Virus genome (UHGV): UHGV-0114795
Reading direction: 5' to 3' (one strand)
Source of the DNA: a virus
Length of the DNA: 37,954 bases
The notes under the pieces were generated by a model that was not told where the DNA came from, made no database searches, and saw only the letters and a list, made by a program, of their open reading frames with translations. This document shows positions 1 to 9,131 of the stretch, piece by piece. How positions within the stretch are numbered: position 1 is the first letter of the stretch; every line of letters starts with the position of its first letter. Position numbers and translations under genes: made by a program.

Positions 1-933
1 ATGGACAACGACAAAATTGATCAACACAGCGACGAAATTGAAGTTGAGAGCGAAGAAAAAGAGCGCGGCAAAAAAATAGAAATAGATGAAGACCGACTCC
101 CCTCCCGGGCGATGGCAATTCATGAGCATATCCGCCAGGATGGTGAAAAAGAGCTGGAACGCGACGCAATGGCGCTACTGTGGTCAGCCATTGCGGCGGG
201 TCTGTCGATGGGCGCTTCGTTACTGGCAAAAGGGATATTTCATGTCGAACTGGAAGGTGTGCCGGGCAGCTTCTTACTGGAGAATCTCGGTTATACCTTT
301 GGTTTTATTATCGTCATAATGGCCCGCCAGCAATTATTTACCGAAAACACCGTGACTGCGGTACTACCCGTCATGCAAAAACCGACAATGAGCAACGTTG
401 GCTTACTTATGCGGTTATGGGGAGTCGTGCTGCTGGGTAATATTCTCGGGACTGGTATTGCTGCGTGGGCATTTGAATATATGCCTATCTTCAATGAAGA
501 AACTCGCGATGCATTTGTCAAAATCGGCATGGATGTGATGAAGAACACCCCCAGCGAGATGTTTGCCAACGCGATCATTTCCGGCTGGCTGATCGCCACT
601 ATGGTATGGATGTTTCCTGCAGCAGGTGCGGCAAAGATTGTGGTGATTATATTGATGACCTGGCTTATTGCCCTGGGTGACACCACCCATATCGTGGTCG
701 GTTCTGTTGAAATCCTCTATCTGGTGTTTAACGGTACGCTGCACTGGAGCGATTTCATCTGGCCCTTCGCACTACCTACTTTAGCGGGGAACATCTGCGG
801 CGGCACCTTTATCTTCGCGTTAATGAGTCATGCACAGATTCGTAACGACATGAGCAACAAGCGTAAAGCAGAAGCACGCCAAAAAGCAGAACGTGCGGAA
901 AACATTAAGAAAAATGATAAAAACCCGGCATAA
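1..933 (+). CDS. yfdC: Formate/nitrite transporter (FNT) family inner membrane protein, host gene
   Basis: 310-aa ORF starting at ATG at position 1; multi-pass hydrophobic protein; recalled as matching E. coli YfdC, which lies immediately upstream of argW in K-12. Not verified by search. Confidence 0.8.
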   Translation: MDNDKIDQHSDEIEVESEEKERGKKIEIDEDRLPSRAMAIHEHIRQDGEKELERDAMALLWSAIAAGLSMGASLLAKGIFHVELEGVPGSFLLENLGYTFGFIIVIMARQQLFTENTVTAVLPVMQKPTMSNVGLLMRLWGVVLLGNILGTGIAAWAFEYMPIFNEETRDAFVKIGMDVMKNTPSEMFANAIISGWLIATMVWMFPAAGAAKIVVIILMTWLIALGDTTHIVVGSVEILYLVFNGTLHWSDFIWPFALPTLAGNICGGTFIFALMSHAQIRNDMSNKRKAEARQKAERAENIKKNDKNPA

Positions 934-1008
934 ATGGCGAGGGTTTAAGCAATCGAGCGGCAGCGTACTTACCCCGCACTCCATTAGCGGGTATACTCAT
1001 GCCGCATT

Positions 1009-1083
1009 GTCCTCTTAGTTAAATGGATATAACGAGCCCCTCCTAAGGGCTAATTGCAGGTTCGATTCCTGCAGGGGACACCA
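1009..1083 (+). tRNA. argW: tRNA-Arg (anticodon CCU)
   Basis: 75 nt read from sequence: acceptor stem GTCCTCT/AGGGGAC, anticodon loop with CCT flanked by stem AGCCC/GGGCT, T-loop GGTTCGATTCC, 3' CCA encoded. Known prophage integration target. Confidence 0.9.
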
Positions 1084-1244
1084 TTTATCAGTTCGCTACC
1101 ATCCGTACCAGTCCGCAAAATCCCCTTAATATCAAGCCTTCCGTAGATTCACAGTTCGTCATGGTTCGCTTCAGATCGTTGACAGCCGCACTCCATGACG
1201 GGTAAAAAGTGGATAAAATAATTTTACCCACCGGATTTTTACCC

Positions 1245-2402
1245 ATGCTCACCGTTAAGCAGATTGAAGCAGCAAAGCCGAAAGAAAAACCATACCGCCT
1301 TCTCGATGGTAATGGCCTGTACCTTTATGTCCCTGTATCCGGGAAAAAGGTATGGCAGCTTCGCTACAAGATTGACGGTAAGGAAAAAATACTGACCGTA
1401 GGAAAATATCCGCTTATGACTTTGCAGGAGGCAAGGGATAAAGCATGGACTGCGAGGAAAGACATCTCGGTTGGCATCGATCCGGTAAAAGCGAAAAAGG
1501 CTTCGTCTAACAACAACTCCTTTAGCGCCATTTACAAGGAATGGTACGAGCACAAGAAGCAAGTCTGGTCAGTAGGCTATGCAAATGAACTTGCAAAAAT
1601 GTTTGATGACGACATTTTACCCATCATCGGCGGCCTTGAAATTCAGGATATTGAGCCGATGCAACTGTTGGAAGTAATCCGCAGATTTGAAGATCGCGGC
1701 GCAATGGAGCGAGCAAACAAAGCACGCAGAAGATGCGGCGAGGTTTTCCGTTACGCTATTGTCACCGGAAGGGCTAAATATAACCCGGCACCTGACCTTG
1801 CTGACGCCATGAAGGGATACCGCAAGAAGAACTTCCCGTTTCTTCCTGCAGACCAGATCCCGGCATTTAACAAAGCACTTGCAACATTTTCAGGAAGCAT
1901 CGTATCGCTCATTGCGACCAAAGTTTTACGCTACACAGCCCTAAGAACGAAAGAGCTTCGTTCCATGCTATGGAAGAACGTCGATTTTGAAAACAGGATT
2001 ATCACTATCGACGCCAGTGTGATGAAGGGCCGCAAGATTCATGTTGTTCCTATGTCAGACCAGGTGGTTGAACTTCTCACTACGCTAAGCTCAATCACCA
2101 AACCAGTATCAGAGTTTGTTTTTGCCGGTCGCAACGATAAGAAGAAGCCAATCTGCGAGAACGCGGTACTGCTTGTGATCAAACAAATCGGCTATGAAGG
2201 TCTGGAAAGCGGTCACGGATTCAGGCATGAATTCAGCACGATTATGAACGAGCACGAATGGCCTGCTGATGCTATTGAAGTGCAACTGGCACATGCCAAC
2301 GGCGGATCTGTGCGCGGGATTTACAACCATGCTCAGTATCTAGATAAGCGCAGAGAAATGATGCAGTGGTGGGCGGACTGGATTGATGAAAAGGTAGAGT
2401 GA
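1245..2402 (+). CDS. intS: Tyrosine recombinase, P4-like prophage integrase (CPS-53/KpLE1 IntS type)
   Basis: 385 aa from ATG at 1245 (MLTVKQIEAAKPKEK...), recalled as essentially identical to E. coli K-12 IntS next to argW; ORF-track start at 1209 (GTG) is probably an upstream extension. C-terminal catalytic region with R...H..R...Y pattern. Confidence 0.85.
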   Translation: MLTVKQIEAAKPKEKPYRLLDGNGLYLYVPVSGKKVWQLRYKIDGKEKILTVGKYPLMTLQEARDKAWTARKDISVGIDPVKAKKASSNNNSFSAIYKEWYEHKKQVWSVGYANELAKMFDDDILPIIGGLEIQDIEPMQLLEVIRRFEDRGAMERANKARRRCGEVFRYAIVTGRAKYNPAPDLADAMKGYRKKNFPFLPADQIPAFNKALATFSGSIVSLIATKVLRYTALRTKELRSMLWKNVDFENRIITIDASVMKGRKIHVVPMSDQVVELLTTLSSITKPVSEFVFAGRNDKKKPICENAVLLVIKQIGYEGLESGHGFRHEFSTIMNEHEWPADAIEVQLAHANGGSVRGIYNHAQYLDKRREMMQWWADWIDEKVE

Positions 2403-2529
2403 GCGACCTTAACAACTATCGAATAGCACAAAGCCTTGCAGTCAGTACAAAGCTTTGTGTTCATCAGTTTTGTCTCATCAACCACAGTAAGTCATCGATC
2501 GATTAAGAATTTGATGATAGTTTTGTCAA

Positions 2530-4455
2530 CTATAGCAATCTTATTTCTCCACCATGAACATTTATTGGCGTCATAAGAAGCGGACTCTCTACTACGACAA
2601 ACCCATTTTCATTACTTATAACCGGAGTCTTTGATTCATCAGATGTTGAAATAACCATCGCTTTATCTCCTGCCACAACACCTAACCAAAACCATGTCCC
2701 CAAGTTATGATCTATCTTCAATGCTAAAAAAATAAGCTGTGTATCAGAGTATTGTATTTGCGTTGTCCATTTTGCTCTAGTGTCTGAACCTGAAACCTCT
2801 GTAGAGACACTTGCGCCAACTGTATGTGCAGCAGAGCTACCGTTACTCATTTTGCCGTTAACAAGCTGCGGGTGGTATTTACTGGTCTGTTTGGCTTTCC
2901 CTACAACTGAACTAAGTCCTAAATCCGGGTGGTAGAAAACTATAGTCTGGTCTACTGTGCTGGCCTCTTTAGCGGATGCAGCAGGTAGTGTTGTACCGCC
3001 TGGTTTTATATCTGTTTGCCAGTGAATGTCGGAAAGGTTGTACGGAGACCCTTCGTTAAGGTCCCACCAAACTGCCCCTCCTCCAATACGGTTATTAGGC
3101 ATAATTCTTACGTTGGTATTGTCGTCGAATGCACCAAACATTTTCATACTGCTACCGTAAATCCAGCAGTTATCCAGCGTAATGTTATTTGCGCTCGTTG
3201 CTATAACCCCATACACATTGCTTTCGTTTGACTCTATGTAGCATGAATCAAACTTGATGTTATATGCACCTGCAATCCAAACACCGTGAGTACGAAAACT
3301 TTCAATACCACAGTTGAACAGCGTAAGTGCCTCTACCGCACCTTCAAACTTAAAACCTACATCACACTCTCCTGTGTGAACCGATACTAATGGCTGAATG
3401 TTGCATTCATCAGTAAAGTGATAGCGATGCAGACCAGTAGTATATGTACCATTGCACTGAAGATTGCGAAATAAAGAGTAAAAGCAGCGCTGAGTGTAAA
3501 CCAACTGCTGGACATTTACTCCAACAATATCTGTAACCTCGCATCCAAATACATGATTCCGCAAACGTAACCCCTGATAGAAATTAATCAGTGTGGCATT
3601 GCGAATTATTGTTCCTATGGTTAGATACTCTTCACCAGACTTTCCAAATACAGAAGATATAGCACCACTAGAAGCTATATAACCAGTCTCAATGAATACG
3701 TTATTTTCGTCGGAAGTATCGTCGCGGCCTACGATGCGAGCGCCCTGAAAATCGATCACTTGCACCCGACGATTAGGGAAATTAGTTTCTTCAATGTCAG
3801 ATGGAGATTCTGAAGCCAACACATAAACTTTACCGGCGATGTAATAGCTTTTCCACGGAGTGGCTACTACTTTAACACCACCTGCACGCCACGCAGCAAT
3901 CAGAGCGGCCTGAAATGCGTGTGTGTCGTCATGCTTGCTTGGGTTATCTTCTCCGTTCAATAAGTAGGCATCGCCATACGCACCAAAGTCATCTACATTA
4001 ATTTCCTGATTAAAGTAGTCAGATGCTTTTCTGGTTGCAGCATCAGCATAAGGCTTCTTAAATGAAATATAAGAAGCACCATCATCAGATGATAAGCGCG
4101 AAGAAAGTTGATCAGGGTCATACTTCAGCACATTAGGGAAATAGAACTGCTGCGATCCATACGCATCATAAACAGCCATAGAATGGCCTTGCACAGTTAC
4201 GAACTTAGCAATCTGTCCGTTATATACCGGGTAACCAGCAGCGTTAATGATGATTGGTTGCGAAACAGGAACGTGAGAGCCGTCTTCGTTCTCCACATAA
4301 ACCTGAATCTGGTTTTCGGGATTTACCGGGTCCGTGTCAATTTTACCGATATAAATTTTACCATTAGCATTTGCTTTAAACGAGCGAGCTAAAGTAAATA
4401 ACTGACTTGGTTGTGAAACAACAACGTTGTATAATTGTTCTGGCATAATAAACAT
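2530..4455 (-). CDS. Tailspike protein: P22 gp9-like N-terminal head-binding domain fused to a divergent receptor-binding domain of unknown specificity
   Basis: N-terminus ([66 protein letters not shown]) closely resembles the P22 tailspike N-terminal domain from memory; the remainder does not resemble P22 gp9. True start may be the ATG at 4446. Confidence 0.8.
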   Translation of the reverse strand: MFIMPEQLYNVVVSQPSQLFTLARSFKANANGKIYIGKIDTDPVNPENQIQVYVENEDGSHVPVSQPIIINAAGYPVYNGQIAKFVTVQGHSMAVYDAYGSQQFYFPNVLKYDPDQLSSRLSSDDGASYISFKKPYADAATRKASDYFNQEINVDDFGAYGDAYLLNGEDNPSKHDDTHAFQAALIAAWRAGGVKVVATPWKSYYIAGKVYVLASESPSDIEETNFPNRRVQVIDFQGARIVGRDDTSDENNVFIETGYIASSGAISSVFGKSGEEYLTIGTIIRNATLINFYQGLRLRNHVFGCEVTDIVGVNVQQLVYTQRCFYSLFRNLQCNGTYTTGLHRYHFTDECNIQPLVSVHTGECDVGFKFEGAVEALTLFNCGIESFRTHGVWIAGAYNIKFDSCYIESNESNVYGVIATSANNITLDNCWIYGSSMKMFGAFDDNTNVRIMPNNRIGGGAVWWDLNEGSPYNLSDIHWQTDIKPGGTTLPAASAKEASTVDQTIVFYHPDLGLSSVVGKAKQTSKYHPQLVNGKMSNGSSAAHTVGASVSTEVSGSDTRAKWTTQIQYSDTQLIFLALKIDHNLGTWFWLGVVAGDKAMVISTSDESKTPVISNENGFVVVESPLLMTPINVHGGEIRLL

Positions 4456-4468
4456 TCCGGAGAAAATA

Positions 4469-4969
4469 ATGAGTAAGAGACGTCACGAGGTAGTAACTCG
4501 GGAGCGCCTTATGGAGGTTCTCGATTACAATAAAGAAACAGGAATTTTCACTTGGAAAAAGAAATTAAGCGCCAGAGGTGCTGTTGGGAAAGTTGCTGGC
4601 ACAATTTCTTATGGATATAACGCGATTAATATTGATGGCGTAAGATATTTTGCACATAGACTTGCCTGGCTGTATGTATATGGCGAATGGCCCAAACAAG
4701 AGATTGACCACATTGATAGAAACAGAAGAAATAACGCAATCTCAAACCTTAGGGATGTTAGCAGAGTCGTAAATGCATTAAATGTCGGACCTCGAAATAG
4801 CAATGCTGGAATCAAGGGGGTAACTTTCTGTCAAGCCAGAAATCAATGGCAAGCTCAGATAAATGTCTCAGGTAAAAACATAACCCTTGGGAGATTCAAC
4901 ACCATTGATGAAGCGGCTATAGCTTATAAGGCAGCAAACATGGTTGCTGACCATCTGTTGAGTAGGTAA
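4469..4969 (+). CDS. HNH homing endonuclease with C-terminal AP2-like DNA-binding domain
   Basis: HNH_3-like motif ([36 protein letters not shown]) followed by AP2-like segment ([40 protein letters not shown]). GGAG 6 nt upstream of ATG at 4469. Opposite strand to both neighbours. Confidence 0.7.
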   Translation: MSKRRHEVVTRERLMEVLDYNKETGIFTWKKKLSARGAVGKVAGTISYGYNAINIDGVRYFAHRLAWLYVYGEWPKQEIDHIDRNRRNNAISNLRDVSRVVNALNVGPRNSNAGIKGVTFCQARNQWQAQINVSGKNITLGRFNTIDEAAIAYKAANMVADHLLSR

Positions 4970-5026
4970 TGTCTGTCATTTAATTTGCTCCAGATACAAG
5001 GAATCACCGAAGCATGGCTACGATGA

Positions 5027-5052
5027 ATTTTGGGCATAAAAAAACCCAGCCG
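5027..5052 (-). terminator. Intrinsic terminator downstream of ant (minus strand)
   Basis: Hairpin CCCAGC-CGAA-GCTGGG with a run of seven A on the plus strand (U-tract on minus strand transcript). Confidence 0.55.
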
Positions 5053-5079
5053 AAGCTGGGTCGTTGCGTTGGTTATCTG

Positions 5080-5961
5080 TCAGTAGTTATGTACTGAAGG
5101 AGGTAATTCTTTATTCTTAAGTCTCATCCATGCGGAAAGATTCGTTGGTCCGTCTGGCTCATTAATATCAACATCTCGTGTGTGGTTTATTAAAACGTCT
5201 CTCGCCATTCCGATAACATACGAGAATTCATGACCGTAGTCGTAGCATCTGCCGGAATAGTTCGATTGAATTTGTTTTAGCGCCGGATACAGTTCGCGGA
5301 ATAATGCCTGTGAGCGGTTGGCATAATCCCATAACCATACAAGGTTGTTTGCTTCTTTTGCAGAAAGCTCGTTGGTTTTCTTCTCTTGTTTGCCAATGAA
5401 CTCACCTTCAAGCACTACCCTGTGGATGTACTCTACGGCCAGCGGGATTTGTTCAATTGAAAGTTCATCAATGCTGTCAATACCAAAACGCTGATGAACC
5501 ATATTGTATGCATCGTCATAGCGAAGTCCTTTCTTTCCTACCAGCATGTTTACTGCATCGCGTAGCGGCGTTCTTTCCTCAACAGTGGTTTTCTTGCCTT
5601 TCACATACTCGCCATGTTTGCGAATTGAAGGTAGAACTTCTGCTGTTACCCACTTGCGGAATTTGTGCGGGACCGAACCTTTATTGACAGCATCGCGGCA
5701 GCGCAGAACCAATGTATACATACCTGATTCGCTAACAATGCTTAGATTCTGCTCACCACCAAGGGTGTAACTTAAAGTTACTCCCTTTTCATCGTCATCA
5801 AGTGCAGTAAGCGCCTTGCGTGAGTTAGTCAGGGTTAAAGCATCACAAACATCTTTTGCTACAAACCACGGCTCACCGCATTTGTTGATGACGCGGATTT
5901 CACTGTCGCCGAATTTGAAGATGGTGAAATCGTTTTGTGCCTTTGCTATACTTTTCATGTC
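5080..5961 (-). CDS. ant: Antirepressor (Bro-N/KilA-N N-terminal domain), P22 Ant-like
   Basis: Position downstream of arc in immI operon; N-terminal [25 protein letters not shown] pattern typical of Bro-N antirepressors. Start chosen at ATG 5961 (AGGAAA upstream) rather than the ORF-track start at 6024. Confidence 0.75.
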   Translation of the reverse strand, partial: DMKSIAKAQNDFTIFKFGDSEIRVINKCGEPWFVAKDVCDALTLTNSRKALTALDDDEKGVTLSYTLGGEQNLSIVSESGMYTLVLRCRDAVNKGSVPHKFRKWVTAEVLPSIRKHGEYVKGKKTTVEERTPLRDAVNMLVGKKGLRYDDAYNMVHQRFGIDSIDELSIEQIPLAVEYIHRVVLEGEFIGKQEKKTNELSAKEANNLVWLWDYANRSQALFRELYPALKQIQSNYSGRCYDYGHEFSYVIGMARDVLINHTRDVDINEPDGPTNLSAWMRLKNKELPPSVHNY

Positions 5962-6026
5962 AATATTTCCTAATCCGATTTGTTGATACCGAAGCCCTGA
6001 CTGTTCCCGCAGTTGGGGCTTCAACT

Positions 6027-6188
6027 TTACGCGCCAATGCGCCCTTCCTTCTTAAAGCTTTCCATTACTCTCTGATAAATCTCAGAGTTAACAGACCGAC
6101 CATTCTCTTCCGCCACCTTGCGTACCAAATCCAATACTTCTTTAGGCCACCGCAAATTGAACTGCGGCATCTTGCTCATTCCTTTCAT
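6027..6188 (-). CDS. arc: Arc repressor (ribbon-helix-helix)
   Basis: [53 protein letters not shown], recalled as P22 Arc (53 aa) with at most one substitution; ORF-track entry 6027..6251 is an upstream extension. Confidence 0.9.
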   Translation of the reverse strand: MKGMSKMPQFNLRWPKEVLDLVRKVAEENGRSVNSEIYQRVMESFKKEGRIGA

Positions 6189-6204
6189 ATTCACCTCACA
6201 ATAT

Positions 6205-6221
6205 AGGTCCACCGTGGACCT
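6205..6221. promoter_or_regulatory. Mnt operator (Omnt), 17-bp palindrome
   Basis: AGGTCCACCGTGGACCT read directly: perfect 8+1+8 inverted repeat in the arc/mnt divergent region, matching the known P22 Mnt operator arrangement. Confidence 0.75.
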
Positions 6222-6230
6222 ATTGAGAAT

Positions 6231-6251
6231 ATAGTAGAGTGCTTCTATCAT
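6231..6251. promoter_or_regulatory. Arc operator (Oarc)
   Basis: ATAGTAGAGTGCTTCTATCAT with TAGA..TCTA symmetry, between the arc start and mnt; matches remembered P22 Arc operator. Confidence 0.75.
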
Positions 6252-6278
6252 GTCAATACACTAACTTGGAGTGATGGC

Positions 6279-6530
6279 ATGGCTAGAGATGATCCGCACT
6301 TTAACTTCCGTATGCCTATGGAAGTAAGGGAGAAATTAAAATTCAGGGCGGAGGCGAATGGGAGATCAATGAACTCCGAGTTGTTACAAATCGTCCAAGA
6401 TGCTCTATCAAAACCATCGCCTGTGACTGGATATCGCGACGATGCAGAACGACTCGCTGATGAGCAGTCAGAGCTTGTTAAGAAGATGGTGTTTGATACG
6501 CTGAAGGATTTGTACAAAAAACCCACCTGA
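6279..6530 (+). CDS. mnt: Mnt repressor (maintenance of lysogeny; represses ant)
   Basis: MARDDPHFNFRMPMEVREKLKFRAEANGRSMNSELLQIVQDALSK... recalled as near-identical to P22 Mnt; GGAG 8 nt upstream of ATG. Confidence 0.9.
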   Translation: MARDDPHFNFRMPMEVREKLKFRAEANGRSMNSELLQIVQDALSKPSPVTGYRDDAERLADEQSELVKKMVFDTLKDLYKKPT

Positions 6531-6548
6531 AGGTGGGTCCTATTTATT
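6519..6548. terminator. Bidirectional intrinsic terminator between convergent mnt and lipoprotein gene
   Basis: Hairpin ACCCACC-TGAA-GGTGGGT flanked by AAAAAA on one side and a T-rich stretch (CCTATTTATT) on the other; the mnt stop codon lies in the loop. Confidence 0.6.
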
Positions 6549-6966
6549 AGTCTTGCTTTGTTGATGGTATAAGAGATGCGTTTGCCTCTTTTGGCTTCAA
6601 GGTATACATTCCACCATTAAATGGATCTACAGCAAGCCAACCAATTAACCCACCAAACACAAGGTTCCCACCAATATACCAACCATTAGCATTGGCTTTG
6701 ATTGGCAGGGTAACTGGTTCATACCCATCCTTCTCCATAGTGATCTGGTAGTTCTTTTTGCCAAAATAGCTACCATCTGACTTGGCGAGCGTTACACCTT
6801 GTGGGGTCCTACCTTGCGCAACAATCACACCTGACTCATCTTTTACCTTAAAGCTCGCGCCAGAAGGATTGCTGTTCACTTGCACAAGTTGCGTTTCATC
6901 ACCAACAATAGTTGCGCACCCAGATAACATCATAGCGCCAGCAACGACGCCAATAATCCTCTTCAT
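6547..6966 (-). CDS. Predicted lipoprotein of unknown function at the P22 sieA position
   Basis: Signal peptide with lipobox (MKRIIGVVAGAMMLSGC); possible PEGA-like segment (VNSNPSGASFKV); glycine-rich C-terminus. No confident homologue recalled. Start could be 6978. Confidence 0.6.
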   Translation of the reverse strand: MKRIIGVVAGAMMLSGCATIVGDETQLVQVNSNPSGASFKVKDESGVIVAQGRTPQGVTLAKSDGSYFGKKNYQITMEKDGYEPVTLPIKANANGWYIGGNLVFGGLIGWLAVDPFNGGMYTLKPKEANASLIPSTKQD

Positions 6967-7083
6967 ATCAATTTCCATATTTAAAAAACCGGAAACATCC
7001 TAATGACAAACCATTCAAATGTGAAGTAGGCAAAAGATGTTTACTTTTTTCATGGTATCCTGCTCAAAACTAAGGAGGTTGGT

Positions 7084-7272
7084 GTGAAGAAAAAATTTGT
7101 AAACGTTGCAAAGTGCGCAATTTTTATATTTTTTATGACCTTTTACGGATTTAGTGCCGGAGAAGGTTTCGATCGTGATGCCAATGCATTCAGTTTCTTT
7201 TGTCTGTCTATAGTGGTCATAATTGTATGGGTGGAATTAAAGCAAACATTGTTTCATGTGCTAAGGAAATAA
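7084..7272 (+). CDS. Small hydrophobic protein (62 aa), hypothetical
   Basis: Strong SD AAGGAGG 5 nt before GTG start; two hydrophobic segments; AT-rich codon usage unlike flanking genes. Confidence 0.45.
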   Translation: MKKKFVNVAKCAIFIFFMTFYGFSAGEGFDRDANAFSFFCLSIVVIIVWVELKQTLFHVLRK

Positions 7273-7289
7273 CCATCCATGGCATTTAG

Positions 7290-9131
7290 TCACTGCTGTG
7301 TTGCCTCAGTGGCAAGCAGCGGTCTGATGGCATTTGCAGCGTTACTTAATGCTCTTTCATAGGCTGGCGTTCCTGCTTTGGTGTTTGCCAGACGTAAGAG
7401 CGCATTCCTTGCTGCTTTGGACTCATACAAGCGCATCATTGCACCGAAACCAGCCTCAATCCCCATTGATACGCCAAGAGTCGCAGTTGCGCCAATCGTC
7501 CTTATCCTGTTGGCTTGTGATTGCCCCGTCTGAGTTACTACATTTGCGGTGTCTGACCTTGCTGTTTGCTGTAGAACTTCATGAAGAGCATCAAGCTCTT
7601 TCATGTGCTTTCCAGAAAAAATAGTGTTGTAAATTTCACCGCCTGACTGAGATTTCAGCTTATTAACTTCAGTGATGAACTTGGCTGGAGAGACACCGGC
7701 CTTTTCCGCTATTTTGCTGACGTAAGCTGCACGCATAGCATCTTTCCCTTTATCATCCAGTGCGCTCCATATTCGTTTCACGTCAGATGGTTTTCTGCTT
7801 AATACAACGGTATTTATAAGTTCAGGGCTGGCTTCACTGCTTGCCTTGTTGAGTTTGTTAGCAATGTTTTTATTAAGCACCTTATTATAAACGTTTGCAT
7901 AATCAGAATTTGCTTTAAGGTATTTTGCTGCGTCTGATGCACCGAGGTTTTTTGCAACTGCGTTACGAAGGTCTTTTGACATTGCATTCTCTACCATATT
8001 GGTAGCTGCTTTTGCCTGGTTGGGGAAGACCATAGCATCTCCCTGAACATTAGATCTAAATGCCGTTCTGTGCTGACGCAAGAGATCAAACGTAACATCC
8101 AAATCAGTTGCAGGGTTTGCTAATTCTTCACGTAGGTTACGCAAGGATGTAAGCAGGCTTTGATTGGCAGACGTCCCAAGTCGTTCCTGTCTTGCGATCG
8201 CTGTATTCAGAGCATTCATGGTATTTGTGGTATCAACTGCGGCATTACCCATTTTATTGGTGACGTCATTGATAACAGCGCCAGCGGCATCCTTCCGCCC
8301 CCTTAACGTGGTGGTCAGAGATTTCACCACATCATCAGGGTTGTACTCACCAAAACGGTCAAAATAATTGCTTACCAGCTTACTACGCGTTGCATATTGC
8401 TCCGCTCTCTTTGAGCCTGTCCCGAGCAAAGCCCCCTCGGCATCCTGAGTAAGGCCGCGAGTGAAAGCATTTTTCGGCGGGATAACATCAGATGTCATTG
8501 GTGTCACGCCCATCGATTCTGATGTGGCAATTTTCTTCGCCACTTCTGGCGCAATATCACCTTTTATAGCCGTTATTCCACGCCCTATTCCCTTTGCTGC
8601 TGCGGAAAGAACACCCTGAGCGGCAAGGTTAACTCCTGCATTTTTAGCTGCATTTTGTGCGAAATCGCCTTTCTGATTTGCGGCCTCTGCCAGTGATCCA
8701 ATAGCCATGCTTCCTGCCGTTCCAACTCCTGGAACTAAATACCCACCAATTGTTTCACCTGCTTGTGCGTAGGGGTCTGTCGGTCTGTCTACTGGACGAT
8801 AAACATCATCCAATACTTTTGGCCCACCAAGCCCCTGACTGATTGCATTAATCAGACTTGCGCCACCCTGCAATACGTCAAATGGTATGTTTACCAGACC
8901 ACGACCAGCCTGCTCTGCAATTTGCCCTGCACTTTGACCACCAGTGAGCCAATCGCCAGCTTGTTGCATCAATGATGGTTCTTCACGTGCTGGTTCATTA
9001 TTGGCCTGATTAACTGTTTGTTGCTGAACAGCCTGACCAGCAAAATACTCATCAATGGCGGTGCCAATATCTTCCGTGCTCGTACCATCAGGGAAGGTAA
9101 ATGTCTTACCGTTTGCAGTTACTTTCATCAT
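7290..9131 (-). CDS. Ejection/internal virion protein, P22 gp16-like
   Basis: N-terminus [32 protein letters not shown] recalled as P22 gp16; size 613 aa vs about 609; last gene of the 7-20-16 series; ATGA overlap with gp20 stop. Confidence 0.85.
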   Translation of the reverse strand: MMKVTANGKTFTFPDGTSTEDIGTAIDEYFAGQAVQQQTVNQANNEPAREEPSLMQQAGDWLTGGQSAGQIAEQAGRGLVNIPFDVLQGGASLINAISQGLGGPKVLDDVYRPVDRPTDPYAQAGETIGGYLVPGVGTAGSMAIGSLAEAANQKGDFAQNAAKNAGVNLAAQGVLSAAAKGIGRGITAIKGDIAPEVAKKIATSESMGVTPMTSDVIPPKNAFTRGLTQDAEGALLGTGSKRAEQYATRSKLVSNYFDRFGEYNPDDVVKSLTTTLRGRKDAAGAVINDVTNKMGNAAVDTTNTMNALNTAIARQERLGTSANQSLLTSLRNLREELANPATDLDVTFDLLRQHRTAFRSNVQGDAMVFPNQAKAATNMVENAMSKDLRNAVAKNLGASDAAKYLKANSDYANVYNKVLNKNIANKLNKASSEASPELINTVVLSRKPSDVKRIWSALDDKGKDAMRAAYVSKIAEKAGVSPAKFITEVNKLKSQSGGEIYNTIFSGKHMKELDALHEVLQQTARSDTANVVTQTGQSQANRIRTIGATATLGVSMGIEAGFGAMMRLYESKAARNALLRLANTKAGTPAYERALSNAANAIRPLLATEATQQ

